From contig OY782041.1 of the NCBI GenBank assembly GCA_963677595.1, forward strand, positions 2,944,001-3,008,000: a stretch of 64,000 bases of DNA. The letters are read 5' to 3'. The stretch is from Spirochaetia bacterium (lineage in GTDB: Bacteria; Spirochaetota; Spirochaetia; CAKZLE01). Positions 18,936 to 27,199 of this stretch are shown in pieces. The position numbers were made by a program, and so were the translations under genes. Each line of letters starts with the position of its first letter. Positions within the stretch are counted from its first letter, which is position 1. Below the pieces are notes generated by a model. The model searched no databases. It had not been told where the DNA came from and saw only the letters and a program-made list of their open reading frames with translations.

Positions 18936-20861
18936 ATGAGTGAAGAATATGACGAACGGGCTGAGGAGTTCCACCTCCCCCTTGAACTGAAGACCGTCCT
19001 CAAGTCGGTCAGGCGCAAGTGGTACCTGCTCCTGCTCCTGGCAGTCCTTGCCGCTGGTGCCGGGTATGAGGCAGCCCTGGAGTTCGGCTCCAAGACCTAC
19101 GCTGCCGTGACGGTGCTCGCCTACCAGCCGATCGAGTCGATCGTTTCCGACACCTTCCAGATCTTCCAGACGATGGGCGAGGGGACTGAGCTCTCCTATG
19201 CCCAGGGGGCAGGCGTGGTCCGGCTCTCAGACAGCGACAAGTCGCTGAGCAACCAGATCCACCGGGTGAAGCTTCCCTCCAACCTCGAGCAGCTGCGCCA
19301 GGAGCTGCAGCTGGAGATGACCATCGACGCTGTCGGCAGTGCCGTCGATGTTGATACGGAGGGGAACACCAACCTGATGATCATCAGCGCTGAAGCCAAC
19401 ACTGCCGAGCTGGCGAGCAGCATGGCGAACACCCTCCGTGATATCTACCTGGAGCAGGCTGACGAGATCATCGCCGAGAACCTGCAGCAGAACATGGACT
19501 CTCTCAAGGCCCAGTATGAGGTCTCAAAGGGGATGCTCGATGACGTGAGGACCGAGTTCAGGGCCTATGTCGAGCAGTACAAGATCACCAACATCGATTT
19601 CGCTATCCAGAGGATCTCGGAGGAGCTCATCGGGCTCGAGCTCTCCCTGCCGCGGATCGCCGAGGAGATCGATTACAACAAGCAGCAGATCGCGGCTCTC
19701 GAGGCGAGCATCGGGAAGGACTCGGGGGCTGATTCCTACCTGGTCCCCCTGGTGAAGAAGAAGATCAACGACCACCAGCTAGCCCTGATCGAGGCTGAGG
19801 GCACCTATGCCTCAGACAAGAAGCGGTATGACCAGCTCTACGGGCAGTATGAGAACCTGCCGGAGATCAAGCAGCAGTATACCATCCTCTCAGGACAGCT
19901 CGCCACGCTCGAGGCTGAGACCAAGGGGCTCGAGAAGGTCCTCAGCCAGTATGACCTCCTGTCGGCAGATGTCTACTCCGATTTCGCGATCATCTCGGAA
20001 GCGGTGCCTCCCAGCCTCCCGATGAGTTCGAACAGGAAGCTGATCGCCGTTGCGGTAGCCGGGGTCATCTTCATCTTCGGCTTCATGCTTATCCTCCTCC
20101 TGATCATTACGGACACCCGCCTGCGATCTGCCGGGGATGCCCGGCAGAAGCTGCAGGAACCGGTGCTCAAGGAGTTCCCCTATGAGAAGCACCAGGGCAT
20201 CCTGCTGCCGGGAAGCGACGGGAGGGAGGCGAAACATATCGAGACCTACCGGATCCTCGCACGTTCCCTGCGGATGAAGCTCCCCGATACGGGGGGGACC
20301 CTCCTCATCACCAGCACGACTGCCGGTGAGGGGAAGACCACGGCCGCGATCAACCTCGCCGCGGTCTACGGGAGGCAGGACCAGCGGGTCCTGCTCATAG
20401 ACGCGCAGGTCCGTTCCGGTGCGAAACCGAAGCTGCTGCATAACCTCATCGCTGAGGATGAAGCCGACGAGGCTATGGGCCTGGGGGAATACCTCTCCTA
20501 TAAGGCCTTCGATCCCGAGGAGATCATCTCCCGGACGTGGCTGCCCGGCGTCGATATCATCACCGGTTCCCAGGAGGCGGTCATTCCCGACCTCCTGCAG
20601 TCCCAGCGCATGGCTGAGCTTGTGACGCAGCTCAAGGAGACCTATTCGATCATCATCTTCGAGGGGGCTCCCGTCGGGGAGAGTGTCGACTCGGAGATCA
20701 TCGCCCAGTACTGCGACTACTGGGTCATGACCGCCGCCTGCGGCAGGGAGAGACCGGACAGTATCAGGGCAGCATTGAAGCGGATGAAACAGGAGCCGAT
20801 CCTGTTCGCCGGGATCATCCTGACGAAGGTGAGGAAGACGTTTCGTGATACAGCCTTATAG
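18936..20861 (+). CDS. Wzc-like polysaccharide co-polymerase with P-loop domain
   Basis: Two TM helices, a coiled coil and Walker A STTAGEGKTT; no terminal Tyr cluster. Confidence 0.85.
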   Translation: MSEEYDERAEEFHLPLELKTVLKSVRRKWYLLLLLAVLAAGAGYEAALEFGSKTYAAVTVLAYQPIESIVSDTFQIFQTMGEGTELSYAQGAGVVRLSDSDKSLSNQIHRVKLPSNLEQLRQELQLEMTIDAVGSAVDVDTEGNTNLMIISAEANTAELASSMANTLRDIYLEQADEIIAENLQQNMDSLKAQYEVSKGMLDDVRTEFRAYVEQYKITNIDFAIQRISEELIGLELSLPRIAEEIDYNKQQIAALEASIGKDSGADSYLVPLVKKKINDHQLALIEAEGTYASDKKRYDQLYGQYENLPEIKQQYTILSGQLATLEAETKGLEKVLSQYDLLSADVYSDFAIISEAVPPSLPMSSNRKLIAVAVAGVIFIFGFMLILLLIITDTRLRSAGDARQKLQEPVLKEFPYEKHQGILLPGSDGREAKHIETYRILARSLRMKLPDTGGTLLITSTTAGEGKTTAAINLAAVYGRQDQRVLLIDAQVRSGAKPKLLHNLIAEDEADEAMGLGEYLSYKAFDPEEIISRTWLPGVDIITGSQEAVIPDLLQSQRMAELVTQLKETYSIIIFEGAPVGESVDSEIIAQYCDYWVMTAACGRERPDSIRAALKRMKQEPILFAGIILTKVRKTFRDTAL

Positions 20862-20889
20862 TAGACCTGAAGCAGGATGAGGGGGAGAG

Positions 20890-23451
20890 ATGGAAGAGCT
20901 CAAGACGATCGAACATATCTGCTATACGATACTCCTGGCCATCGGTGAGTCGAATGACCTGACCAGGATGCTCAGTACGAGCCTCTCTGCCTACATGCGG
21001 GAACTCAACTGTTCCAGGGGGGCTGTCCTCCTGCGGTCCGAAGGTCCTGCGGGACCATCAGACCTGTCGCTCGTCTACTCGATCCCGAGAAAGCTCGACC
21101 GTCATGAATCGTTCAACCTGCTCTACGAGGAGATCATGCACAGCCGGTATATAACCGGTGATGAGCTTGTCCGGCAGGGTGAGGATGGTATCTATTACGT
21201 CCTGAGCATCGGCGATATCGGGCTGCTCGTGCTCTACCGTAAGTATGGTTCTCTTCCCGATGAGCTCATCCGCCAGCTGCGGCCAGTCAACAGCAAGCTT
21301 GCCGTAGCCTGCAGGAGCTGTACAAAGCATGAGGCCTACCTGGCGAGCTATCACCGGTTCATGGACATGGTGAACATGCTCCCCGGGATCATCTTCGAGC
21401 TCGACCGGGACCTCACCATCACCTTCTACAACCGGTACACCCAGGAGGTCTTCCAGCAGGTGGACTCGAGCAACTTCAGTCCCGAGACCCTCTATGACTT
21501 CTTCCCGGCTGATGAGAAGCCGTCTGTCCGTGCCCTCTTCGACCGGATCAGCTCCGGGGAGGAGCTGGTGGACGAGGATCTCTGGATGATCAACAGCCGG
21601 CAGGAGCGGTACAAGGTGAACCTCCTCGTCTCGCCGATCCGCAGCAACCAGGCGGTCACCGGCTACCGGGGGATCGCCACCGATGTCACGCATCGGTACA
21701 AGCTCGAGCAGGACCTGCTCAGGCGGGATAAGGCCCTGCAGGCGATCACCTTCTCTGCCCAGGAGCTCGTCAAGTCAGATGACCTCATGGCGAGTCTCGA
21801 GACGGTCCTCAGACTCGTTGGCGAGGGGATGGCTGTCGACCGGTGCTACCTCTTCGTGAACGACCATGATGCATCAGGCAGGGCCGTGACGACGAGCCAG
21901 CGGATCGAGTGGTGTGCGCCGGGGGTCGTTCCGGAGATCGACAACCCCGAGCTGCAGGCCCTCCCGATGAATGAGGGTGACAGCCTTTACCAGCCACTGT
22001 TCAGCGGAGAGATCTTCAGTGCAGTCGTGGGTGAGATGGAAGAGGGGGAGATCCGCGAACTGCTGGAGTCCCAGAGTATCCGATCGCTGATCCTCTTGCC
22101 CATCTACCGGAAGAAACTCTTCTGGGGCTTCATCGGTTTCGATGACTGCTCGAATGATCGGCAGTGGGCCTTCCTCGAGCAGGGCCTGCTCGAGGTCCTG
22201 GCAGTCTCCATCTCGGAGGCGATAGAGCGGAAGGATCAGGAGATGAAGATCCGCTCCCTCTATGACGATATCCTCGAGGACCTCGATACCGCACAATCGA
22301 TCCAGAACTACCTGCTGCCTCCCTGGAGTACCAGGAAGAACACGATCGTCTCCTCCTCCAATTACCTCCCGTCGGAGAAGATCGGCGGCGACCTCTTCGA
22401 CTGCTTCCAGCTCTCTGAGAATCAGTATATCTTCTATGTCGCCGACATCTCAGGGCACGGGGTGCAGGCTGCCCTCATCATGACTGCGGTGAAGTCGATC
22501 ATCAAGATGATCCTCACCGAGGAGGAGGGGAAATCGAACCTGGGGAGGGTGATGACGAAACTCAATGCCATCCTCTGCCAGAGTCTCCTCCAGGAGAACT
22601 ACATGACGATCCTCATGTGCTACCTGGATCTGGAGTCAGATACACTCAGCTATCTCAATGCCGGCCATCCACCCCTGCTGATCCTCAACCGGGAGGCAGG
22701 CACGATGCGTGCTCTAGATGCCGGCGGTGCGATCCCGGTCGGCTGGATCGGTGACCACGTCTACCGGGATGACCAGGTGGAGACGGTCCCCGTCCTTCCT
22801 GCGGATCGTTTCTGCCTCTATACCGACGGTGTGTATGAGTGTGCTGATGCTTCTGGCGAGCTGCTCGGGTTCGACCGGTTCCTCTCATTCGTCTCGGAAG
22901 AGCTCATAGAATATGCACCGATCATGATCCCCCATGTCTGCTTCGACCGGATCAGGGATATGGGGTACCATGACCGGGGTGATGACTTCACCTTCATCGT
23001 GTTCCATACGCCGTTCGGGAAGGAGGCTTTCCCTGATACCTGGTGCTTCCATATGGAGAGTGACCTGCAGTATATAGACCAGGCGGTGGAGGAGAGCGAC
23101 CGGTTCATGGAAGCCCACCAGGCTGATGAGGTCCTTCGGATGCATGTGAGGCTCGTCATGACGGAGTTCCTGGCCAATATCATCACGCACGGGTTCGATG
23201 AACCCTCTGCTGAGATCATCGTCATCGAGATCGATTACGGGGAGGAGGTCGTCCTGACCTTCAGGGACCGGGCCATGGAGTGGGACATGCCGCCGAAGGC
23301 CGAGAGTCAGGAGCACTTCTTCGACATGCTCAATGATGAGCAGTCAGACTGCGGACGGGGCATGCAGCTCATCTATGCTGTCTCCGAATCACACAGCAGG
23401 GTACGGTACGACCGGGTCAATGAGACCCGGATCATCCTGAAACAGTCCTGA
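20890..23451 (+). CDS. PAS-GAF-PP2C (SpoIIE) phosphatase with C-terminal anti-sigma kinase (HATPase) domain
   Basis: GGDLFD, ADISGHG, NAGHP, YTDG and DDFT (PP2C); TEFLANIITHG and GRGMQLI (RsbW-like). Confidence 0.9.
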   Translation: MEELKTIEHICYTILLAIGESNDLTRMLSTSLSAYMRELNCSRGAVLLRSEGPAGPSDLSLVYSIPRKLDRHESFNLLYEEIMHSRYITGDELVRQGEDGIYYVLSIGDIGLLVLYRKYGSLPDELIRQLRPVNSKLAVACRSCTKHEAYLASYHRFMDMVNMLPGIIFELDRDLTITFYNRYTQEVFQQVDSSNFSPETLYDFFPADEKPSVRALFDRISSGEELVDEDLWMINSRQERYKVNLLVSPIRSNQAVTGYRGIATDVTHRYKLEQDLLRRDKALQAITFSAQELVKSDDLMASLETVLRLVGEGMAVDRCYLFVNDHDASGRAVTTSQRIEWCAPGVVPEIDNPELQALPMNEGDSLYQPLFSGEIFSAVVGEMEEGEIRELLESQSIRSLILLPIYRKKLFWGFIGFDDCSNDRQWAFLEQGLLEVLAVSISEAIERKDQEMKIRSLYDDILEDLDTAQSIQNYLLPPWSTRKNTIVSSSNYLPSEKIGGDLFDCFQLSENQYIFYVADISGHGVQAALIMTAVKSIIKMILTEEEGKSNLGRVMTKLNAILCQSLLQENYMTILMCYLDLESDTLSYLNAGHPPLLILNREAGTMRALDAGGAIPVGWIGDHVYRDDQVETVPVLPADRFCLYTDGVYECADASGELLGFDRFLSFVSEELIEYAPIMIPHVCFDRIRDMGYHDRGDDFTFIVFHTPFGKEAFPDTWCFHMESDLQYIDQAVEESDRFMEAHQADEVLRMHVRLVMTEFLANIITHGFDEPSAEIIVIEIDYGEEVVLTFRDRAMEWDMPPKAESQEHFFDMLNDEQSDCGRGMQLIYAVSESHSRVRYDRVNETRIILKQS

Positions 23452-23457
23452 GCAGCT

Positions 23458-24657
23458 TTAGTCGAGTACTGACTGCAGCAGGGTCTCGATCTCGTCGACG
23501 TAGCGGGTGAAGGAGAACCGTGTCACCGCTGTCTCCCTGCCGTTCTCCGTGAGACGGGAGTACAGTTCACTATCCCCAGCCATTCTTCCGATCGCCTCAG
23601 CAAGCTCCCCGGCATCGCCCGGGGAGAAGGTGAGGGCGTTCTTCCCGTCTTCCAGGAACTCTCCCTGCCCGCCGTTCGCCGTGCTGATCACGGCAAGGCC
23701 GCTCGACATCGCCTCAAGGTGGGTGAGCCCGAAGGGCTCCTCCCAGATCGAGGGGAAGATGAAGAGGTCATGGCTCTGGTAGAGTCCCTTCATCTGGTCA
23801 TGCGGCAGTCTGCCGAGGAATGTTACCAGTACCTCCAGCCTCCCTGAAAGCTCCTTGAGCTCTCTGACATACGCATCAGGTCCCGTCCCCGCGATCGAGA
23901 GCGTGCAGGGCGGGCATGCCGTCTTCTCCTCGAGCAGTGAAAGGGCCTCGAGGATGGTATGCACCCCCTTGTAGTGGTGGAGCTGTCCTGCATAGAGGAT
24001 CCTGATCGGGTTTCCCATGCTGCCGGCATCGGGCTTCAAGGGAAATTCCTCTAGTGGTATCCCCTGATAGATGACCGTAGAGTCCTCGACCGGGACCCCG
24101 CCGGCGATGAGATTGTCCTTCAGCAGCCTGCTGATGCTCGTCGAGGTGGGGAATCGCAGGCCCCGGAACGTGATCTGCGGGGTGATGAAGCGGTCCGTGA
24201 ACCATCGTACGGCTTTTCTCGGGTGTGATGAGCAACGCGTCGGGGCGAATCCAGCCATGTGTTCGTCATTGAAGGTGTAGAGGGTCGGGATCCCTGATTC
24301 CTCCGCAGCCCGGGCCGGGCCCAATGTGAGCCTGAGGATACTCCAGATGAAGATCACATCGGGCTTGACTTCCTCTATGACCGCTGCGGTCTCCCGGTGG
24401 TTGAACCGCTGGGTCTTTACCCGGTCGAACCGGTTGAAGTCCCCGGGTTCGCTGAACGGCAGGTAGAGTCTCAAAGAGCGCCGTACCGTATCAGTGGAGA
24501 CCGGGCTCTCATGGTCCGAGGTCAGGACGAACAGGGAATGGCCTCGTTCTTCGAGGTGCTGGACCACCTGCCCGCAGAGGATCTCGTAGCCGCCGAGGAT
24601 GTAGGGGGGATAGAGGTTAGAGATGATCAGGATCTTCATACCACCAGTGTACTCCAA
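23458..24657 (-). CDS. Glycosyltransferase family 4
   Basis: YPPYILGGYE and EEPFGLTHLEAM motifs. Confidence 0.92.
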   Translation of the reverse strand: MEYTGGMKILIISNLYPPYILGGYEILCGQVVQHLEERGHSLFVLTSDHESPVSTDTVRRSLRLYLPFSEPGDFNRFDRVKTQRFNHRETAAVIEEVKPDVIFIWSILRLTLGPARAAEESGIPTLYTFNDEHMAGFAPTRCSSHPRKAVRWFTDRFITPQITFRGLRFPTSTSISRLLKDNLIAGGVPVEDSTVIYQGIPLEEFPLKPDAGSMGNPIRILYAGQLHHYKGVHTILEALSLLEEKTACPPCTLSIAGTGPDAYVRELKELSGRLEVLVTFLGRLPHDQMKGLYQSHDLFIFPSIWEEPFGLTHLEAMSSGLAVISTANGGQGEFLEDGKNALTFSPGDAGELAEAIGRMAGDSELYSRLTENGRETAVTRFSFTRYVDEIETLLQSVLD

Positions 24658-24690
24658 GAACGGGGGTTTTCCAACCGGTTATCGCAGGTT

Positions 24691-27012
24691 TCAGAACCGG
24701 GCCCTGGTATCCAGGAAGCCGTAGAGACAGATGTTCCAGACCATGGTCTCCCAGACGGAGAACTCGTTGTTGTTTACCAGCGACCAGCCGTCAGCCCACC
24801 TGCGCTGCAGGGGGAGCTCTTCCCAGGCCGGGTAGAGGGTGTCTGATACCACCTTCTGGTACTCCTGTCCGCTGCGCCCCTCGGTCGGCCCGAAGACCAG
24901 GATGCCGGGTACCGACCCGATCGGGTCACCAGCATGGGCGGTGTTGTCCCCCACGACTGCACCGAACCCGGTCGCATAGGAATCAAGGTGGAGGATGCTC
25001 TGCGGCTGTTCGCTGCCGAGACCGGTGACAAAGGAGATACCCAGCGGGTTCAGGCCCAATGCATAGTCACCGAGCTGTGAAATGAGCCCGAAGAGCCGTT
25101 TACGCTCAGCCGGATCCGTCGACAACCGGTAGGCGAAGATATAGACATCGGCATACCTTCCCTGTGCGGTGGCTGCACCCCAGCCGTAGCCCTTGCTCAC
25201 GCCCTGCGGGTAGGGGGCCGTATCGAGGTCGACGCCCTGGTAGCCGCCTTTCGCTGCCTGATCCCTGATGATATCTTCCAGCTCCCGGGCGAGATCCCTG
25301 TCGGTAGGTTCGTCTGCTATGAGGTAGCTGATGAAGTGGGCGGTGGTACAGGTCGCATAGGTGTTCCCGGGCACATACTGGTCCGGCCAGCTGCCTCCCG
25401 CTACGAGTTCTCGTTTAGCTGTATCCTTGAAGACCCGGTGGTAGTAGTCTGCCAGTTCGGCCTTCTCCGGATACATCGCGGCAGTGGCGAGGTAGAGCTG
25501 CCCGGAGGCATAGAGGATCTCACTCTTCTGAGAATCCCCCACACTGGAGCCGTCGGCATCCCCGTGCTTCTCGAGATAGGACCAAGCCGTCTCTGCCTTG
25601 CCGTAGAGCTCCCCGGCACGAGCTGCGTATCGGGGGAATTCGGACAGCAGGCGAGCAGCCTGCGCCATCATCCCGGCACCGTAGCCCGTCACCTCGGGTG
25701 AGACTGCCCAGGTCCCGTAGTCGAGCCCGTCGGTATCGGCTGTTGCCTTCCCGTATTCGGGATGGGCATCCGTCTCGGTCCCGGCCCGTATCCCGCCGTA
25801 GTCGGGGTCATCCTCATCGAGTATGAGCAGCTGCTCCCAGATCGACATGCCCCAGAGGGCCTCGTCGAGGAAGTCGGGGATCGTGTTCCCCGATTCGGGT
25901 ATGGTGTGTTCCCCGTCAGAGAAGTTCCCGGGGAACGCCTCATAATAGCTTAACATGAGGATGGGGATGATCGTGTGCTGGGGTCGGCGGTCGAAGTCCC
26001 CGGCATCATGGTAGCCGCCTGAGATCTGGAACCAGGCATCATCCCTTTCTGGGGTGATCTTCCCGTTCGAACTCCAGGGGATGCGGGTATCGGCGACTTC
26101 CGTGTGGCAGATCTCGCGGGTGTAGGGAGTATAGGCCTCCTCGAGTGCGATCCCGCAGCGCTGGTGGTAGAGTCCGCGTGCGTAGACTTCCGCGATATGA
26201 GATACAGCATTTAAGCTGACCTCGAAGGGGTAGGACCTGCCGAAGCCGTCCACCTCCACCTGGTAGGGACCGCCTTGTGGAACATCAGCAAGGTCAAGGC
26301 GGTAGACATGCTCTCCCGAGGAGACGAGCCCCTCCTCGACAGTGGTGTCGTCTGCCCGATATGCAGCCGTGCCGGAGAACACGATCGACTGGCTCTCCAA
26401 ATCCCTGACCCGGTAGGCCACTGGTTCATCAAGCTTCCGGGAACCCCCAGTGCCGAGATAGACGCCGAGATTGGCATAGCGTACGGGGGAATCAGGATGG
26501 TAGCCTGCCTGGTTCACCTTGATCGACTCGCAGAAGGTGGAGGAGTCGTCGAAGGTGAGGATGATCTCCCCGTAGGGTCCCTCGATGGTATACACCTCAC
26601 CGTCAGCCAAGGGGGTTCCCAGCTCGAGGTAGGTCCAGTACTTCATGGACACAGGGTAGGTGCCGTCTTTCTGCTTCGGCAGCTCATCGACCGAACGGGC
26701 GTAGTGGAAGACTGCGTTCGGAGACATGCCGTTCACGCGCCAGTCATCGACCCCGGTCGTATTCGGGTCCGTCTCGAGGAGTTCCGGGTGGAAGTTATCG
26801 GTCAGGGTCACGGCAATCACTGTGGATGATGCGGTATGCACGTCAAGCAGGGCGGAGACGGGTACCTCGAGTGGTTCGGTTATCGCTTCGATCATTCGGG
26901 ACTCTGATCCCGGGTGGCTTGATGATGTCTCTGGGCTGCAGGCGAGGAGCAGCAGGGAGGACAGCAGGATCAGCAGAGCTACTGCAGAGTAAGAGATATG
27001 CCATTTTCTCAT
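24691..27012 (-). CDS. Glycoside hydrolase family 9 lipoprotein with Ig-like domain
   Basis: Lipobox LLLAC; KVNQAGY, YHQRCG, GGYHDAGD and C-terminal NNEF motifs; start ATG 27012. Confidence 0.85.
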   Translation of the reverse strand: MRKWHISYSAVALLILLSSLLLLACSPETSSSHPGSESRMIEAITEPLEVPVSALLDVHTASSTVIAVTLTDNFHPELLETDPNTTGVDDWRVNGMSPNAVFHYARSVDELPKQKDGTYPVSMKYWTYLELGTPLADGEVYTIEGPYGEIILTFDDSSTFCESIKVNQAGYHPDSPVRYANLGVYLGTGGSRKLDEPVAYRVRDLESQSIVFSGTAAYRADDTTVEEGLVSSGEHVYRLDLADVPQGGPYQVEVDGFGRSYPFEVSLNAVSHIAEVYARGLYHQRCGIALEEAYTPYTREICHTEVADTRIPWSSNGKITPERDDAWFQISGGYHDAGDFDRRPQHTIIPILMLSYYEAFPGNFSDGEHTIPESGNTIPDFLDEALWGMSIWEQLLILDEDDPDYGGIRAGTETDAHPEYGKATADTDGLDYGTWAVSPEVTGYGAGMMAQAARLLSEFPRYAARAGELYGKAETAWSYLEKHGDADGSSVGDSQKSEILYASGQLYLATAAMYPEKAELADYYHRVFKDTAKRELVAGGSWPDQYVPGNTYATCTTAHFISYLIADEPTDRDLARELEDIIRDQAAKGGYQGVDLDTAPYPQGVSKGYGWGAATAQGRYADVYIFAYRLSTDPAERKRLFGLISQLGDYALGLNPLGISFVTGLGSEQPQSILHLDSYATGFGAVVGDNTAHAGDPIGSVPGILVFGPTEGRSGQEYQKVVSDTLYPAWEELPLQRRWADGWSLVNNNEFSVWETMVWNICLYGFLDTRARF

Positions 27013-27199
27013 GTGGTGCGATCCTCCCCCTGGTCTCGATTCTACCTGATTTGGATTGCGTATGCAATGAAAAGGACTTAGGCACATACCATGCAGGAAG
27101 ACGTGTAAAAGGGAGACATAGTGCCGGTTCTCGTGTAGAATAAGGAAACGGCCGGGACCTGAACGGGTCAGCCCAATCCAGTAGACGGGGGAGCGGTTC

